NCBI GenBank assembly: GCA_028534125.1
Contig: CM052850.1
Coordinates: 7,192,186-7,256,000, forward strand
DNA from: Lama glama
Taxonomy: Eukaryota
Reading direction: 5' to 3'
Length of the DNA stretch: 63,815 bases
Every line of letters begins with the position of its first letter. Position 1 is the first letter of the stretch. The notes below the pieces were generated by a model. It was not told the DNA's origin. It searched no databases and saw nothing but the letters and a program-made list of their open reading frames with translations. Below are positions 13,128 through 26,463 of this stretch, piece by piece. Made by a program: the position numbers and the translations under genes.

Positions 13128-13904
13128 GCATTCATGATAGTAGTGTCTTTTCTTAATTCTTCAGGGATGCCTGCAATAATCATCACTCTTGAGGGGAAGG
13201 GCTTCCAACATGATCCACTTAGGAAATGGTACATCATTAAAAAGTCACTTCCAAATAAGAGAGTTTCCAAATTCAGGCAGCCCCTATCAATTATAGAACC
13301 AAAAGAACAAAAAGCACTTTAATGATGGAGCTCTGACTTGTAAGCTAGAGTCCGATTAGGAGTCAAAGAAAGTATGACTTACACAGACTTGGAATCTAGT
13401 TAGAGATTCAAAACCAGGAGAAATGAAATAGGACGTATAATAAGCAAGTGTTAAATGGTATGTCACAGATGGTAAGTGTATGGTAGAGTGAGAAAAAAAA
13501 AATCTTATTTAAAACCACAACTGAAAACACCCACTTCTCCTCATAAAGAGGTGGCATTATTTCTTCATGATCTTCTGTTTCACAAAATACCCTGATGGTC
13601 CATTTTGATTATAAACGTTGAGGCTCCAGAGCATGGTTTAGAAAGATTTCACGGGGAGAAAGGAGAGACAGACAGAGAGCAAGCTAACCTGTTCTCCATG
13701 AGCAACGGAAGATTTTCTTGTTTATTTACAACAGGGAGAAACACTGATAGGTATGTATCTATATTTTGTATGTTTATTTAAGCCCAGAACAATTTCAAAA
13801 GATTGCATACCGACCATTGACATGGACTACACCAGAGAGCAGAGTAAGAAACACAGGGGAAGGCGCTGTTACTTCGTTTTCTTTATACACCTCTGAATTT
13901 TTGG

Positions 13905-14647
13905 ACTGTCTTTTCAACCCCATTTCTCCAACTCTCAGACGCCAGCTGGGTGTCCTACAATTCAGTTCTGACACTGCCTGTCCACCTGCGGTGAGCGAGC
14001 GTCACATCCCGCAAGCTAAGGCCTCAGTCTCACAGGACTGCCTCCACGTCAGTGCCGGGCACAAGTCCCAGATTGTTCCCCAGACTTTTGACCGACCAGA
14101 TATGAATTTAACGGGCTCCCACAATCGCTTCTTACTTTTGATAATTCATTAGAACAACTCAGAACCCCAGAAAGCTCTTTACTTTCCATTACCAGTTTAT
14201 TATAAGAGATACAACGCAGGGGCAGCCGCATGGAAGACTCGCATAAGGTGCAGTGCGGGGGCGGAGCTTCCGCGTTCTCTCTGAGCACGCCCCCTCTGGG
14301 CACGCCCCCTCTCAGGACCTCCCTGCGTTCACCAGCCTGGAAGCTCTCTGAACCCTGTTGTTTACGGGTTTTTTAAAATGGAGATTTCATTAAATCACTA
14401 GCCATTGGTAACTAATTCATATCAGCCCCTTTCCCCTCCTCACAGGTTGGGAGGTGGTGCTGAAAGTCCCAATCCTCTCTCTAAATCATGCCTGCGTTTT
14501 TCTGCAGACCAGCTATCCTCGAGGCCCCGGCTACCAGTTAACGCGTAGTCATACAAAAGATAACTCATATCACTCTGGGGAGTCCTAGGTCTTTAGGAGC
14601 TCTGTGCTAAGACAAAGTCCAAATAGTTATTTTTTTATCATCTCACA
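13905..14647 (-). mobile_element. MER21/MER77-like solo LTR
   Basis: 'gccagctgggtgtcctacaattcagttctgacact', 'cctggaagctctctgaaccc', 'aaatcactagccattggt', 'gctgaaagtcccaatcctct', 'ttaggagctctgtgc'. Visibly homologous to 22100-23296. Confidence 0.75.
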
Positions 14648-16082
14648 CAGAGATTTTAGCAGTGGCAGGAAACTGGAACAAGAGGTGACCATGAAACACC
14701 AGCTCCTGGGCTGGAAAATGAGACTCCTCACCAAATACGGGATGAGAGATTTGAGCCCATTTTAGGGAGGTCTCAAATGACAAGCTGGTATTTGGGTAAC
14801 AAATGCCATGAAAGTTCAAAATAATGAGAGGTTGGAGAGGTCGGAGTAGGAAAAGTTGGCCTTGAAGGCTTCACGGAGGCCCAAGGACTTGAAGTGCACT
14901 TTGATGCAGGCCCAGGGATGGGCAGAGGGGACAGGATGTAGGAAGTCATCTTGTCCCCTTGCTTGGCAGGTAACAAAAATCCGGTTAAAATACTGCACTC
15001 CCCCTATGAATGCTGACTCCTAATACGCCTATAATTATCTCTGTTTGTATTTGACCTTTTTTTTTTCAATTCCTCTGGTGCCTGAGAACCAGTTTTAAAT
15101 ATCTGCGAGGATTGTGCAGAGAGGCAGGTCACCATCTGCCGCTTTTCCCACCTTGCTCCGGGATGAGTCACCACAGCAAGAGCCTGGCCCGACTCCCAAG
15201 CGTCTCCTCTCTGATCCACGTGCACATGCCATGATGAGGTTTCCATCTCCTGTGGCGCTGACTGTGCCAGTTCAGGGCATCCCCTCAGGCCAGCTCCCTG
15301 GTGGCAAGGACAAAATCACGTAAACCCACTGGACGTGCATTCCATTGGGTTCAGAGCCAGCCCTGCCTCTCACCAAGAAGCATAAGGAAGCTTCCAAATG
15401 GGAAGGATGAGGCTGTGTCAGTTTTCCAGTGGGAACATCCCACGAGAGGCACAGCTGAAATGGGAGCAGGCTCCCTGGAGAAGTGAGAAAAGTCGTGCTG
15501 TCCTATTTCAGGGCTGGTGATTGGAACTCCACTAGGACAAGCATACTTCCACCTATGTGTGCATGTGTGTGCGTGTCTGGGGGGATAGGGGGGCGTGGGG
15601 GATAGAAAAAGAGGGAGTTGAGAAGAGGAACTGAAAACAAGATAAGGGAGGCAAAGGTGAGTGAGGGAGAGATAGGGGAGATAATGAAGGAATTACTGGA
15701 GAATAGGAACTGGTGGAGTGAGAGCAAGAATCACTGCATCTGCTGTTGTCCCTTGTGTATGCCCTTGCTCTGCTCCTGTGCATGAGATGGGAATTTCAGA
15801 CCATCCTTGACATGGTGATTTGAGCCAAACAAAATACTCTTAATGCACATCAGGTGATCAAGAAAAGCATTCCAGCCTTTATTCTGAATTTGGCTTGACC
15901 CATATCTTTCGCTAACTCTCCGAGCCTCCCTTTTCCTGGTTGTGAGAGGGGGACAGTGATGTCAGCCGCTGTATTGCCTCTCGGGAACCCCTAAAGCCTC
16001 TGAAGACAGTGTTCAATTTCTCTGAAAAAGACATTATGTAAATGCCAAGATTCACCATCTTAGGAAAGGCAAGTGTGAATTC

Positions 16083-16130
16083 TGTATTTTAATATTAATA
16101 TATTATGTATTTTAATATTAATATATTATG
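16083..16130. repeat. Perfect 23-bp tandem duplication (tgtattttaatattaatatatta)x2
   Basis: Read directly from the sequence. Confidence 0.9.
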
Positions 16131-16352
16131 AAACAGAAAGCATTTTTAAAAGTATCTATTAGGTTTTGGTTGTTAAGTTTACTCATACATTCACCCACAC
16201 TGAGCACCAGGCCCACAAGGGCGTGGGCCGATCCCTCACGGAGAAGCCACTGCGTGTGTAATAAGACGGGGGTGACCCAGCACATGCCGCCACAGCCACA
16301 CGCAGACGAAGCCCCAGGTAATGCTCCGTGCCCCCGCTGGGGGTCGCCGTGA

Positions 16353-16532
<180 letters not shown>

Positions 16533-18773
16533 TGAGTGTTTATACCTTCACCTTGGAATCAGGGCAGCAAAAAAGGCACTACCCAGTCTCTCTGTGTCAT
16601 TAAGGACACAAAGTGGCATTTTGCGGGTGTCTGGGCTACAGAACATTTCTTTCACAAAGGCATGGTAAGGACTGACTCACAAAAATGCCTCCAGCCTAGG
16701 GCCCTGGCCTTGGATGACAAGAGGAGCCACAAGCAGCCTCCAGCCCCAACTTTCTGCTCAGAAAGCTCTAGAGTTTGGCAAGCTGTGAATTTAGTGAGTC
16801 AGAAAACTTAGACCTTCAAAACATTGGGGCTTCGTTTTAGGACATAAGAAAACCCAAACTGAATCAGCCTCATCGTCACCCTGCAGCTTCATTCTGTGTA
16901 GACAGAGGTACCAAACCTCAGCTTGCAGGACCCCAGTCTCCAGAGGTCAGAGACTAACACAGAAACACCTTTCACAGCCTATTAATTGAGAAAATTTTTC
17001 CTAAAACAAATTATCTTATTAGTCTTTGAGTCAAAAAGTATCCTCAGATTCCTTTCCATTCATCAAAGTAGCATTTAATTTTATGAATCCTAGAACTAAC
17101 TTTTCTAAGTCGGCAGAGGTGGCTGACGAGCTCTCGTCTTCTCAGATTTATTAACGCCACTGATGTTCCCCCTAAGATACCACTCATGAGGGTGTAATGT
17201 TTAATCATACTCCTTCCCTCTGTCTCCATCCTTCAATATCAAAGAGCGTTTTTTCAGTCATTCATCAGACTTAATGACAGATGACACCTTTCTGGCTAAT
17301 AAGACTGTGATCTCACCATTCTCTTACTTCAGAATTCTTAGAGGCATGGACGGTCTGAGCTACATGAGACCTTCACACTCACAGAGGACGACCCTTCATT
17401 CTACGTCTAGTTTGTTTAGTTTATAGAGACGAAGACTCAGTGAACAGAAATGATATCAGACAGCTAGTTGGGGGCAGGCTCAAAACAAGAATGGGGTCTC
17501 CACTTCCTAATCCAGGGCTCTGTCCACTGGAATGAACGGGCCACCCCTTTCTCTTGTGTGGCTACAGTCATGTCTTGGCAAGCCGAATACATCTAAGCAG
17601 ACATTCTATACGCGGAGTTTCCTTTATATCTTATCGGCATTAAAATGGCCAGTAAAGTATGGTGGGCAATTGGATTTATAACAGAGCAGAGAGAATCATG
17701 TCACTCTGCTGCTCAGGCAGAGGGGAAAAAAACAATGCCAGGTCTGCCTGCTTTGCATCCAATATGCAAAACTCTAAATAAGCGTGGAGCTAGTCAGGGC
17801 CAAGGTCAAATATATGGCTACATAGAGTAACTGTGTGATCTGGGGGTGGAGGCCAGTGGGAGGCATTTTTCACATTGATTTATAAGACTATGGCTATAAA
17901 TTACATATAGGGCGCTCCAGGTGACATGAGCAGAGACCAAAGAATAGGGCAGAATGGTAGTGCCACAGAGAGAGTTCTCTTGTCACCTCTATTTCCAGAG
18001 ACACACACAGAAAAGTTATAACAAGAGGAAGACAGACAGACACGTGGGTGGATAGATGATAGATCCTGGACCCAATATCATCAAGTTGATCTTTTCCATC
18101 TCCTCCTCCACCTGTTTCTCTTTCTTCTCTCCTTTGGATTGTTCTTTGTTCCATCCTTCTCTGAAATTTCTCTTCTTTGTACTTTGTACTTGTTTGTGTC
18201 ACTGATTCCTAACTCAGTTGGGCGAAGGGGAAATGAGACAATGACAGATCTGCAGCCAGTGTAACACCATGAGAAACTCCAGACACAGCAAAATAATAGC
18301 TCTGGCTCACTGAAAACCGGGCAATATCTTAGTGTGGAATCTGTTGTGGTGTACATAAAGATGTTTACACACACAACTGTAATCTTCTAAAAAGCCAAAG
18401 GCAGGCTCATCACAATAAATGCCAAAAACAAAAAATCTGATGGATGTTAACCATAACCATCAAACATTTCATCTTTGGCAAGAGCTAATCTACATCACCT
18501 CATGACTAATTTTTATTGGCAAACAGTAGACTCAGGAGAGGCCAAAGAAATGTTCTTGATAATTGGTTTTCCGTTTGCCAAATCCTCATAGACTGGTGGC
18601 GTTTTTGAGCCTGCTGGGAGTCCTGCCTGGTCCCAGACACTCAGCAGTCAGCATGGAGGGAAGAGAAGCTGTCCCCATCTTTAATTCGCAGTTCACAATC
18701 AGCATCCCACACCTTTCCTTCCCCTGATTTTCTCTTTTGCTTTCTCTGCTTCGCCCTTTCTCCTACCCTCCAG

Positions 18774-18924
18774 AACAATGAAGGAGGGGTGATTGCCCAG
18801 CTCCCCAGTGACGTTACATCCTTCAACCAGACGGGACTAAAGCCTGGGGAGGAATATATTGTCAATGTGGTGGCTCTGAAGGAGCAAGCCCGGAGCCGCC
18901 CTACCTCGGCCAGCGTCTCTACTG
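18774..18924 (+). CDS. TNR: TNR exon: FNIII-2 C-terminal half
   Basis: Long pyrimidine tract, ccag|18774, donor CTG|gtgagt. 151 nt, phase 0-1. [50 protein letters not shown]. Confidence 0.97.
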
Positions 18925-20057
18925 GTGAGTGCCTCCAGCCCTTCTCCCTATGGCGACACATTGGGTCACTCGGGAAATAAACCGCAGACTCATCCAAGAA
19001 GTAGAGAGACCCAGGGATGCTAGGCTGACCCCCCACAACTGAAATTACTTTTGGTACCTGGAGATGGAGCTACTCTACCAGAGGCTTCGTTGAATGTCTT
19101 CCTTATCCTTGCAAGCACAGAAATCTGGGAGAGGATTCTATGGGGAAAATTCTTTAAGATAGCCAGTATGTTTCTTCTGCTCTTGCTCATTAAAAGGCCT
19201 CTTTGTCAGCCCCTGACAAAGCTTGAGCTTTGGAACCAGCAGCAGCTAACTCACTCTTACTTATCATGAGATCTGCAGAAAGTCATCTAACCCTTCCCAA
19301 ACCTTGATTCATTTGACAATGTTGAACAATAATACGGCCTTCATTGAGACAACATGAGGCTTAAATCAGATAAAGCACACACAGTGATTAGCACTGTGCT
19401 GATGACAGTGAGTGTTCAATGCCTTGTTTTTGCACATGCACTCAGAAAACACAGTGAGAAGTGACAGCAGGAGGAAACCAGTCATTCAAAACCAGGAAGT
19501 GTAGGTTGGGTCACTGTTCAAGGTGACAACTTAGGTTGATTATTATTCCGTCCCCACAGTTCATCTCATGCAAGATCATTATTCCCAGGTTTGATTCATT
19601 AACTCTACCCCATTTGGCTTCATTGTCTCCTTAGCTAACAAAGGATGTTCAACCTCAATGCTGTAAATTAACAACTACGTATGATGCGTGTGTGAGTGTG
19701 CCCTCACCAAGAATTTCTCAAACATTATAAATAGCTTCTGGTAGCATTTTTAGTTCTCATTTTATTGATGGGAGAGTTCAGACTCAAAGGTTAAGCGATT
19801 TTCCCTGCTCGTAACAGAAACAGAGGTAGGCGAATATCGGGACATCTTTATTTTTCATAAACAGAAACTGACACCTAAGAACACCAGCCATGAGTCTAGA
19901 ACAAAGGTCAATTTGGCCAGAAAAGGGAACCAACAGCACTATATAATGAGCACATGTTTATGGATGACTCGTGATTCATTCTTTGCTAATTGGATCCAAA
20001 CTAAACAGCACTGGTGCTGACGCTTATGCTCAGTCTAGAAAACATTGGTCTAAAGCT

Positions 20058-20320
20058 ACAGTGGTATTACATGATGTCCCGTTAGAGCACGAGGGTGTCA
20101 GGGCAGCGCCTCAAGGCAAGGACGAAGTGGAAATCTGGGCCTTTAATTATTCCCATTCCCATGGCCCTCATACCCTCCAACCGAGGCAGCTCCACTTCTG
20201 TTTTATATTTTGTACCATCATTTAAGGTTTTGTTCTTTAGTTTTAAAAAAGAGTATTTTTAAAATCTATAGTTACTATAAAAAGCCCACCTCCCCAGAAA
20301 AAGGGCTTTAAAACCACTGT
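20058..20320. mobile_element. Degenerate hAT-Charlie-type MITE (MER103-like)
   Basis: Ends 'acagtggt' and 'aaaccactgt' are inverted. Size about 260 bp. Family uncertain. Confidence 0.35.
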
Positions 20321-22099
20321 ACTCATCCAAGTATGTTTTACAAGAAACCCTATAACCATAAAGTCAAGAAGTCAGAATCTCTCCAGACGCCTGGGGCCGG
20401 GGTGTTTCCACAGCTCTGCTTCCCAAGGTTACGCTGGACCCTGAAGAGTTGATTTGGTAACATGTGAAGATTCTCCTTGTCTGGTACGGAATGCTTCGGG
20501 GTCCCCAGATCATTTCTGTGACTCGATATATAGAAAGTACTGGTAGAAAAAAGCACAAGACTGGAAGGAGATGGTTCGTAAGAGGGCAGAGAACACTCCA
20601 GGGGGACGGCGCTCTGCTTCCAACGTCCTGAGAGCACTTGGAGAAGACTGTCCAACTCTGCTTTAGTCTTCTCCTCAAACCGCCTTTTTACAAAATTGGC
20701 AGTATTTTTTGGTTTGGAATTTCCTTAAAATTAAAATGAAAAGTTCCAGATCTAGTCATTTGTGGTAAAGCCAGGCAGAATTTTTTTTTTCCAATTAAGA
20801 AAAAAGTCCTAGTTCATCGTTTGGGATTGTGTACAGAATCATGAAGAAATGGAAAGAAAAATATTTATTCCACTTGACTTTTTGAGCAGGATCTGTGTTT
20901 GTTTAAAAATTAGGGCCGAGGTTCAAGTAAGCGGATACGTCCTTGACTGGAATTGGGCATGGCTACCCAACGGCCACCTGAAGGGCCAAATCCAAGGGTG
21001 GCTGCAGAAAAGATGGCTGGCTCCCATCCCTGCCTGCTGCTTTTAGGAAACGATTGTTTAATTATTTCCTTCTGCTGAGGTCTGACCTCCTCCCTCCTGC
21101 GAAGCTCTGAGTCCTCATCAGGCACACAGACTGGTTCTTTCTGGGCAGGCCATTCTGGGAATTCAAATGACAGGACCTCCTGCAGCCAGAGCCCTAGGTG
21201 CTACACAGTCACATTCTAACAGGAGCAATCATTATGATTAGGGTGTGGGGGCGTTAAAGGGCCGAAGGACTAAAGCCTTCCATGGTCATTTGAGTCTCTG
21301 TGGCGTCATTTTTTTTCCCCCTAAGAAGCTCCAGTTCACTGAAATGCCTCCCTTTCTTTCTCATGGATAGAGAGAATCATCCATCTATTTCATTTACTCC
21401 ACATCCATTTACTTAGCGTCTACTATGTTTCAGGCATTATGCTTATACAGCAGCTAGGAGACCTTTCCCCCAGTTCATTATTAAAATAAGTGAAATTTAA
21501 AAGGCCCAAGTTATCTAAAGCCACTAAATACAGCAGGATGAACAGAACATCTGGGATGTGTTCTGTTAAATCGCATTACCCCAAATACGAAAAACAGAAC
21601 TTCATTTTAACTCCAAACCAGGTGGCACCAAAATCAAAATGGTCTGGTGACTTTCATTTTGGCTGGTGCCAAACCAAAACTCCTAAGCTAGACCCAGAAA
21701 GTGTGGGGGGGGGTCCCCAGAAAGGCCCGACTCTGAAAGACCGAGCAGCTTAATCTCAGCCTGAGACAGTACTGAGGGAGGCACTCCGTTGTGGACAGAC
21801 GAGGAGGTGGTCCAGTGCACACTGGTTTGAAAACAACAACAAAAAAAACAGTCTTAGTGAAGACTTTCTGATAACAAGGAAGAAAAACTTTCTTAAACTA
21901 GTTGAGGCATAAGAAAGAGCATTGGCTGGAAGGACACAGAGAGTGTCTCATGGAACCCCAGGGCCAGAAATTCATCTGAGTCTTACAAAAGACTTGAACC
22001 AGAAAATGGAAAGTCAAGAATTGAGTTAGTCTCTGTATCTTCCTAGAAGCTCCACATGGTCACTCATTTCTGCTTATCTCTAAATTTGCTCCTAAAATT

Positions 22100-23296
22100 C
22101 TGCACCCAATTTCAGTATGTGTGTGTTCAGGGGATGGGGTCCCCACACCAAGCAATTCTCTGCAACACCAGCTGCGAGTCTTACTGTCCAATTCAATTCT
22201 GACACTGTTTACCCAGAGATATCGTCAGATTCCACAGCTTGAGGGCTCAGTCCCATTACCCTTCACTTCACATGCCAGTCCCAAGTCCAGGTGGTCACCT
22301 GCGCTTCTGTCCAACCGGCTAGACATTGGAGGTCCCTTCAACTCTCTCCTAGGGTTTGATTAATTTGCTAGAGTAGCTCACAGAACTCTGGAAACCCATT
22401 TACTCACTGGATTACTGGTGTATTACAAGGGATATGAAAGGATGTGAATGACGAGCCAGATGAGGTCCCAAACAAAGGCGCTCCCACCCCTGTGGAGTTT
22501 GGAACCTGGCACGGTGACACATGGAAGTGTCAACTGAAATAAATGCACGGCCTAAAAGTTTAGAGTTACGTTTTTATTTGGTGGGAGGACTTGAGCCGGG
22601 ATGACAGCCTCTCAGATCACTGTGAGGGACTGCTCCAAAGAGGTAGGGGAGGAGCTATGATATATAGGCCTTTATACCAAAGACCAGGTAGCTGGAACAA
22701 TAAAAGATTACTCGTTATCTAGAGAAAACAAAGCATCTCAGGAATTTAGTGCTTTTCTATGCATGGGAGGAAGCAAACATTTGGGCTCATTGAATTCATT
22801 CCTTTGACAAGCACCTGGCTCTCTAGGGCCAGTATCCTGTCCTTTCTCATTCTGAGTCCCCTCAGGGTGCGCTACTGTGAGTGGCTGCAGAGGCTGGGCT
22901 GCAGGCTGGTCTTCACTGGGGGGTGGCAGCAGCCACTGATGACCTGATGGTTTCAGCATTCTTTGTTTACTGATATGGTTTGCAGTATTTTTCATTCACA
23001 GAAGCATTCCAGTCCCCCAATCTGGGAGCTCTCCAAACCCAGTTTTTTGGGGGTTTTTTATGGAGGCTTCATTACATATGCACGATTGATGGACAGACCA
23101 GATGTCAGGGGCGGGACTGAAAGTTCCCGCCCTCTAATCACAGGGTTGGGTCCCTTGGCAACCGGCTTCCTCCTTTGCCTCATTAACATAATAAAAGACA
23201 TCTTTATCACTCTCTTCACTTAGAAAATTCCTAGGGTTGTAGGAGGACTGTGCTAAGAAGGGGAGGAAGACCAAATATGTCTTTATTATAAATCAC
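22100..23296 (-). mobile_element. MER21-like solo LTR, split by a nested LTR at 22528-23000
   Basis: 'ccccacaccaagcaattctc...caattcaattctgacact...cagattccacagcttgagggctcagtccc', 'ttgattaatttgctagagtagctcacagaactc', ending 'agaccaaatatgtctttattataaatcac'. The sequence is contiguous once the insert is removed. Confidence 0.8.
22528..23000 (-). mobile_element. MER41-like (ERV1) solo LTR, 473 bp, with 4-bp TSD GAAG
   Basis: TG...CA termini, GAAG at 22524-22527 and 23001-23004, minus-strand AATAAA at 22573-22578. Blocks 'gacagcctctcagat...ctgctccaaagagg' and 'ctttgtttactgatatgg' resemble laurasiatherian MER41-type LTRs. Confidence 0.85.
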
Positions 23297-24576
23297 CCTC
23301 TCCCCTTCCCTTCAGTCCCTCTTGCCTCCAGCTCAGACCTTTTCTATTTATATGTTAATATGGTAGAGAATGGTCACACCAACCACAGCTCTATTCATGG
23401 TCCCAAACCAGCTAACCAGACAGCCTGAGTCTCTAGTTCCAGTTCCAGATCCTCGAAGAATATTATTAATCAGCCCCGCTAGAGGGATATAATCATATAA
23501 TAAATGCAAACATGAAATTTCGGTCAATTTTTGGAAGGTGATGAGAAATTCAAAGGCGGCCATGTTGGCCATGTAGACATACCATGAGATGTTGAGAACA
23601 CCGTTTTCTATTCCCCTCACTAAGCCCTTTCTTTTTCTATTTCCCTTCCACATTCTCTCATCTTCCCCCTACCCCTACCCCCATCTAATTCAATATGAAC
23701 AGGACCCCACGTGGGTACTGGAGCCATGGGTGGTAGGTTTCCTAGGAAACCAGCCAGCTTTTCTAGGTAACATCATCCCACAGTGGTGTTCCCCTCAGCT
23801 GCTCAGTGCCAGGGGCCAGGACTCATGAGGGGCATATGCTGAACAGCTTTGAGGCACCGCGTGTGACTGCAGTGCCCTTTCTGGCTCAGGAATACGCAAG
23901 AACCAGTGGGGGGAAAAATAGCCCACAAGAGGCTGTTTCAAAACTGAGATCCTTTTTTTCAGAAAAGCAAGTTTCCCCAGAAGGCATGTTTCATATCCAC
24001 AAGGACAAACGTCTGTTGGGTTTTTGATCTGTCTTAGCAGTTGACTGACTGAGTTGCTGGTACGGTTGAGCAGGGACGTCTTTCGGATACTCACGATGTC
24101 CTCCTTGGCAAACAAGTTGGAAGTCTTGGATGTTTAGACAGAGCTGATAATCTGCAGCTCTTTTCCTCAGGGCTCAAAGAAGGTGAGCCCTGGGCAGCCA
24201 GGCACACGCCAGGAGCACAGTTCTCTGTCCTCTGTCCCATAAACTCCAGACAGAAGCAGTGCTGGCCCACTTGAGCCAGTAAGTGCTCTTCCCCTGCCCA
24301 AACTGGGAAGTGTCAGCCCTGAAAAACCACAGCCCCGTGAGAGCAAGATTCAGGCGACCCACATTCTAGTGTCCATTCCCTCACTGACCAACCATGTGTC
24401 CTCAGGAAAGAGATTTTATCTCACTGTGTCTCATTTTCTCCATCTGTAAAATGGGATGATAATAAGTGTCCTCTCCCCGACCAACGAGGCCAATGTCAGG
24501 AGGAAAGAAGAGGGCTGATGTCAAGTGTCATTTCTCAGACTTGTTTTTTTTTTCCTATTGGATTCTTCTCATTCAG

Positions 24577-24846
24577 TCATTGATGGGCCTACACAGATCC
24601 TGGTTCGAGATGTCTCCGACACGGTGGCCTTTGTGGAGTGGACGCCACCTCGAGCCAAAGTTGATTTCATTCTCCTGAAGTACGGCTTGGTGGGCGGGGA
24701 AGGCGGGAAGACCGCCTTCCGGCTGCAGCCTCCTCTGAGCCAGTACTCGGTGCAGGCCCTGCGGCCCGGCTCCCTGTACCAGGTGTGGGTCAGCGCCGTC
24801 CGCGGAGCCAACGAGAGCGAGTCCAGCACCACCCAGTTCACAACAG
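24577..24846 (+). CDS. TNR: TNR exon: FNIII-3
   Basis: Acceptor cattcag|24577, donor CAG|gtgagg. 270 nt, phase 1-1. [35 protein letters not shown]...[29 protein letters not shown]. Confidence 0.97.
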
Positions 24847-26411
24847 GTGAGGCTGCGGTGGGGAAGGGAGCCTGAGGAGGGGGAGGGGGAGGGCGCCGGG
24901 CCAGCTGTGGTACCCCCCACGGCAAGAGGGTGTACCAGGGAGAGAGGTGACGTGTGCTTGGGCATCCCTGTGCCACAGACACTGCGGGAGGGAAGCAAGA
25001 GGTTTGGGGACCTCCCAGTGAGGTCACATCGGGGCACAGAGGAGTGAGCGCGGTGCACAGTAGATGTGAGAGCTTGGGTCCTGTCTTCCCTCTGCTCCCA
25101 GCCAGACCCGGGACCTATGTCTCTTCCCCATGAGTGTGAGGTTTCCCCTTTATCAAATGAAAAGTTTGTCTTGAAGTCACTTAAACATCCACGTGGCTAG
25201 CCCAAATGGCAATTTTGAGACAGTTCAGTGCCCCTTCCTGGAGACACCTTAATGCTATTTGCTGGAAATCACTGTAGTGATTCCATAAATGCACAGTGAC
25301 AATACTGGCATGGTGGTGCCCCTTGGAGTTGTGCAAAGCACAGAAGCAGGCCTTCCGCCTGAGAGTCTGTGACTCATCCTGCCCTTTGTAAGCACCGGCA
25401 AGAAGCTAATGTGGGGTCTGGCTCCCACAGATTGCAGGCTGAACGAAGCCCATGTCAGTGCCGCCTGCCTGACTGGGATGGCCACCCACCCGCCTTCCCA
25501 AGGCTGTCAGGATTCTTAAAGAGCTTCACTGATAGTTGAGAAAGGCCAGACCTCACCGTGACCTGCTCCCTGACCCTCTCGGAGCCTATCAGGCCAGCCA
25601 GCAAGCAGACACGGAGGACAGGCACCATCCAAAGACAGGCACCCCCGTGCTCTCACTGGGTCAAAGGGGGTCTCTGTCTAAGCCAGATTCCCAATCTCAG
25701 ACTCTCTGCACTGGGGAGGTCATAAATCAAGGAATGTCACTGCCAACAAGTTGTCACAGGGATGAAAGGAAACTGCAGGCATCTGCGAGACCTAAGAACC
25801 GGCATCTTCTGATGGGATAAAGGAGAATCACTCATTCAAGCATCCTACATTGAGCTGTGGCCTAAGAGCCGGTTAAGGGATGGGGTAAGCCAGCCAAGGG
25901 GCTGCAGGGAGGTCTGGTAAATAGCACCATTATCCTCCACCTGTGTTTAAAATCAGCTGATAAATAAGGCAAAGAGTAAGACAGATGCAGGCCAACACAG
26001 CTCCTAGCCTCGAGCACGTAGCTTTTTGAGTCAGATGCCAACTGATGGCCCTGTGGACCTGGGCAAGACCTCCACGTGGGAGAAGTTGTGGGGCTCCTCA
26101 GGTTAGGACTTACCGCACAGCACGGAGGAACAGGCAGAGGCTGTCCCTAGGGGCAGAGGGCTCCCGTGAGAGAGGGGAGCAGAGGGGCCGTGCCCACATC
26201 CTGCTACAAAACTCACCACTGAATTAAGTCCATTTTCCCCAGCGTAAGAAAGAGAGAGGCCGGGAATCTCAGAATGGGTTTCCCTCTGCACAGAAGGAAA
26301 CATCAGGAGGAGGAGAAGTCCCTGTTAGAAGGAAGTGCGGACACTGACGAAACAGAGGAGGCAGTTTGATTCTGAAGGAGACCCTCTCAGGTTTTCCCTC
26401 CAGCCGCTGTG

Positions 26412-26463
26412 CTTGACTCCACCCCACTCAGGGGGTCACTTGACTCCACCCGACTCAGGGGGT
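26412..26463. repeat. 27-bp-period tandem duplication (cttgactccacccSactcagggggt)
   Basis: Two copies with one mismatch, read directly. Confidence 0.85.

Noticed and set aside
12557-13270. Long ORFs containing X runs (also 55562-55918)
   Set aside because: Artefacts of translating through N gaps.
16334-16348. CTCF-like sequence CCGCTGGGGGTCGCC just before the FNIII-2 exon
   Set aside because: It has two mismatches at informative core positions and cannot be supported without a PWM score or ChIP data.
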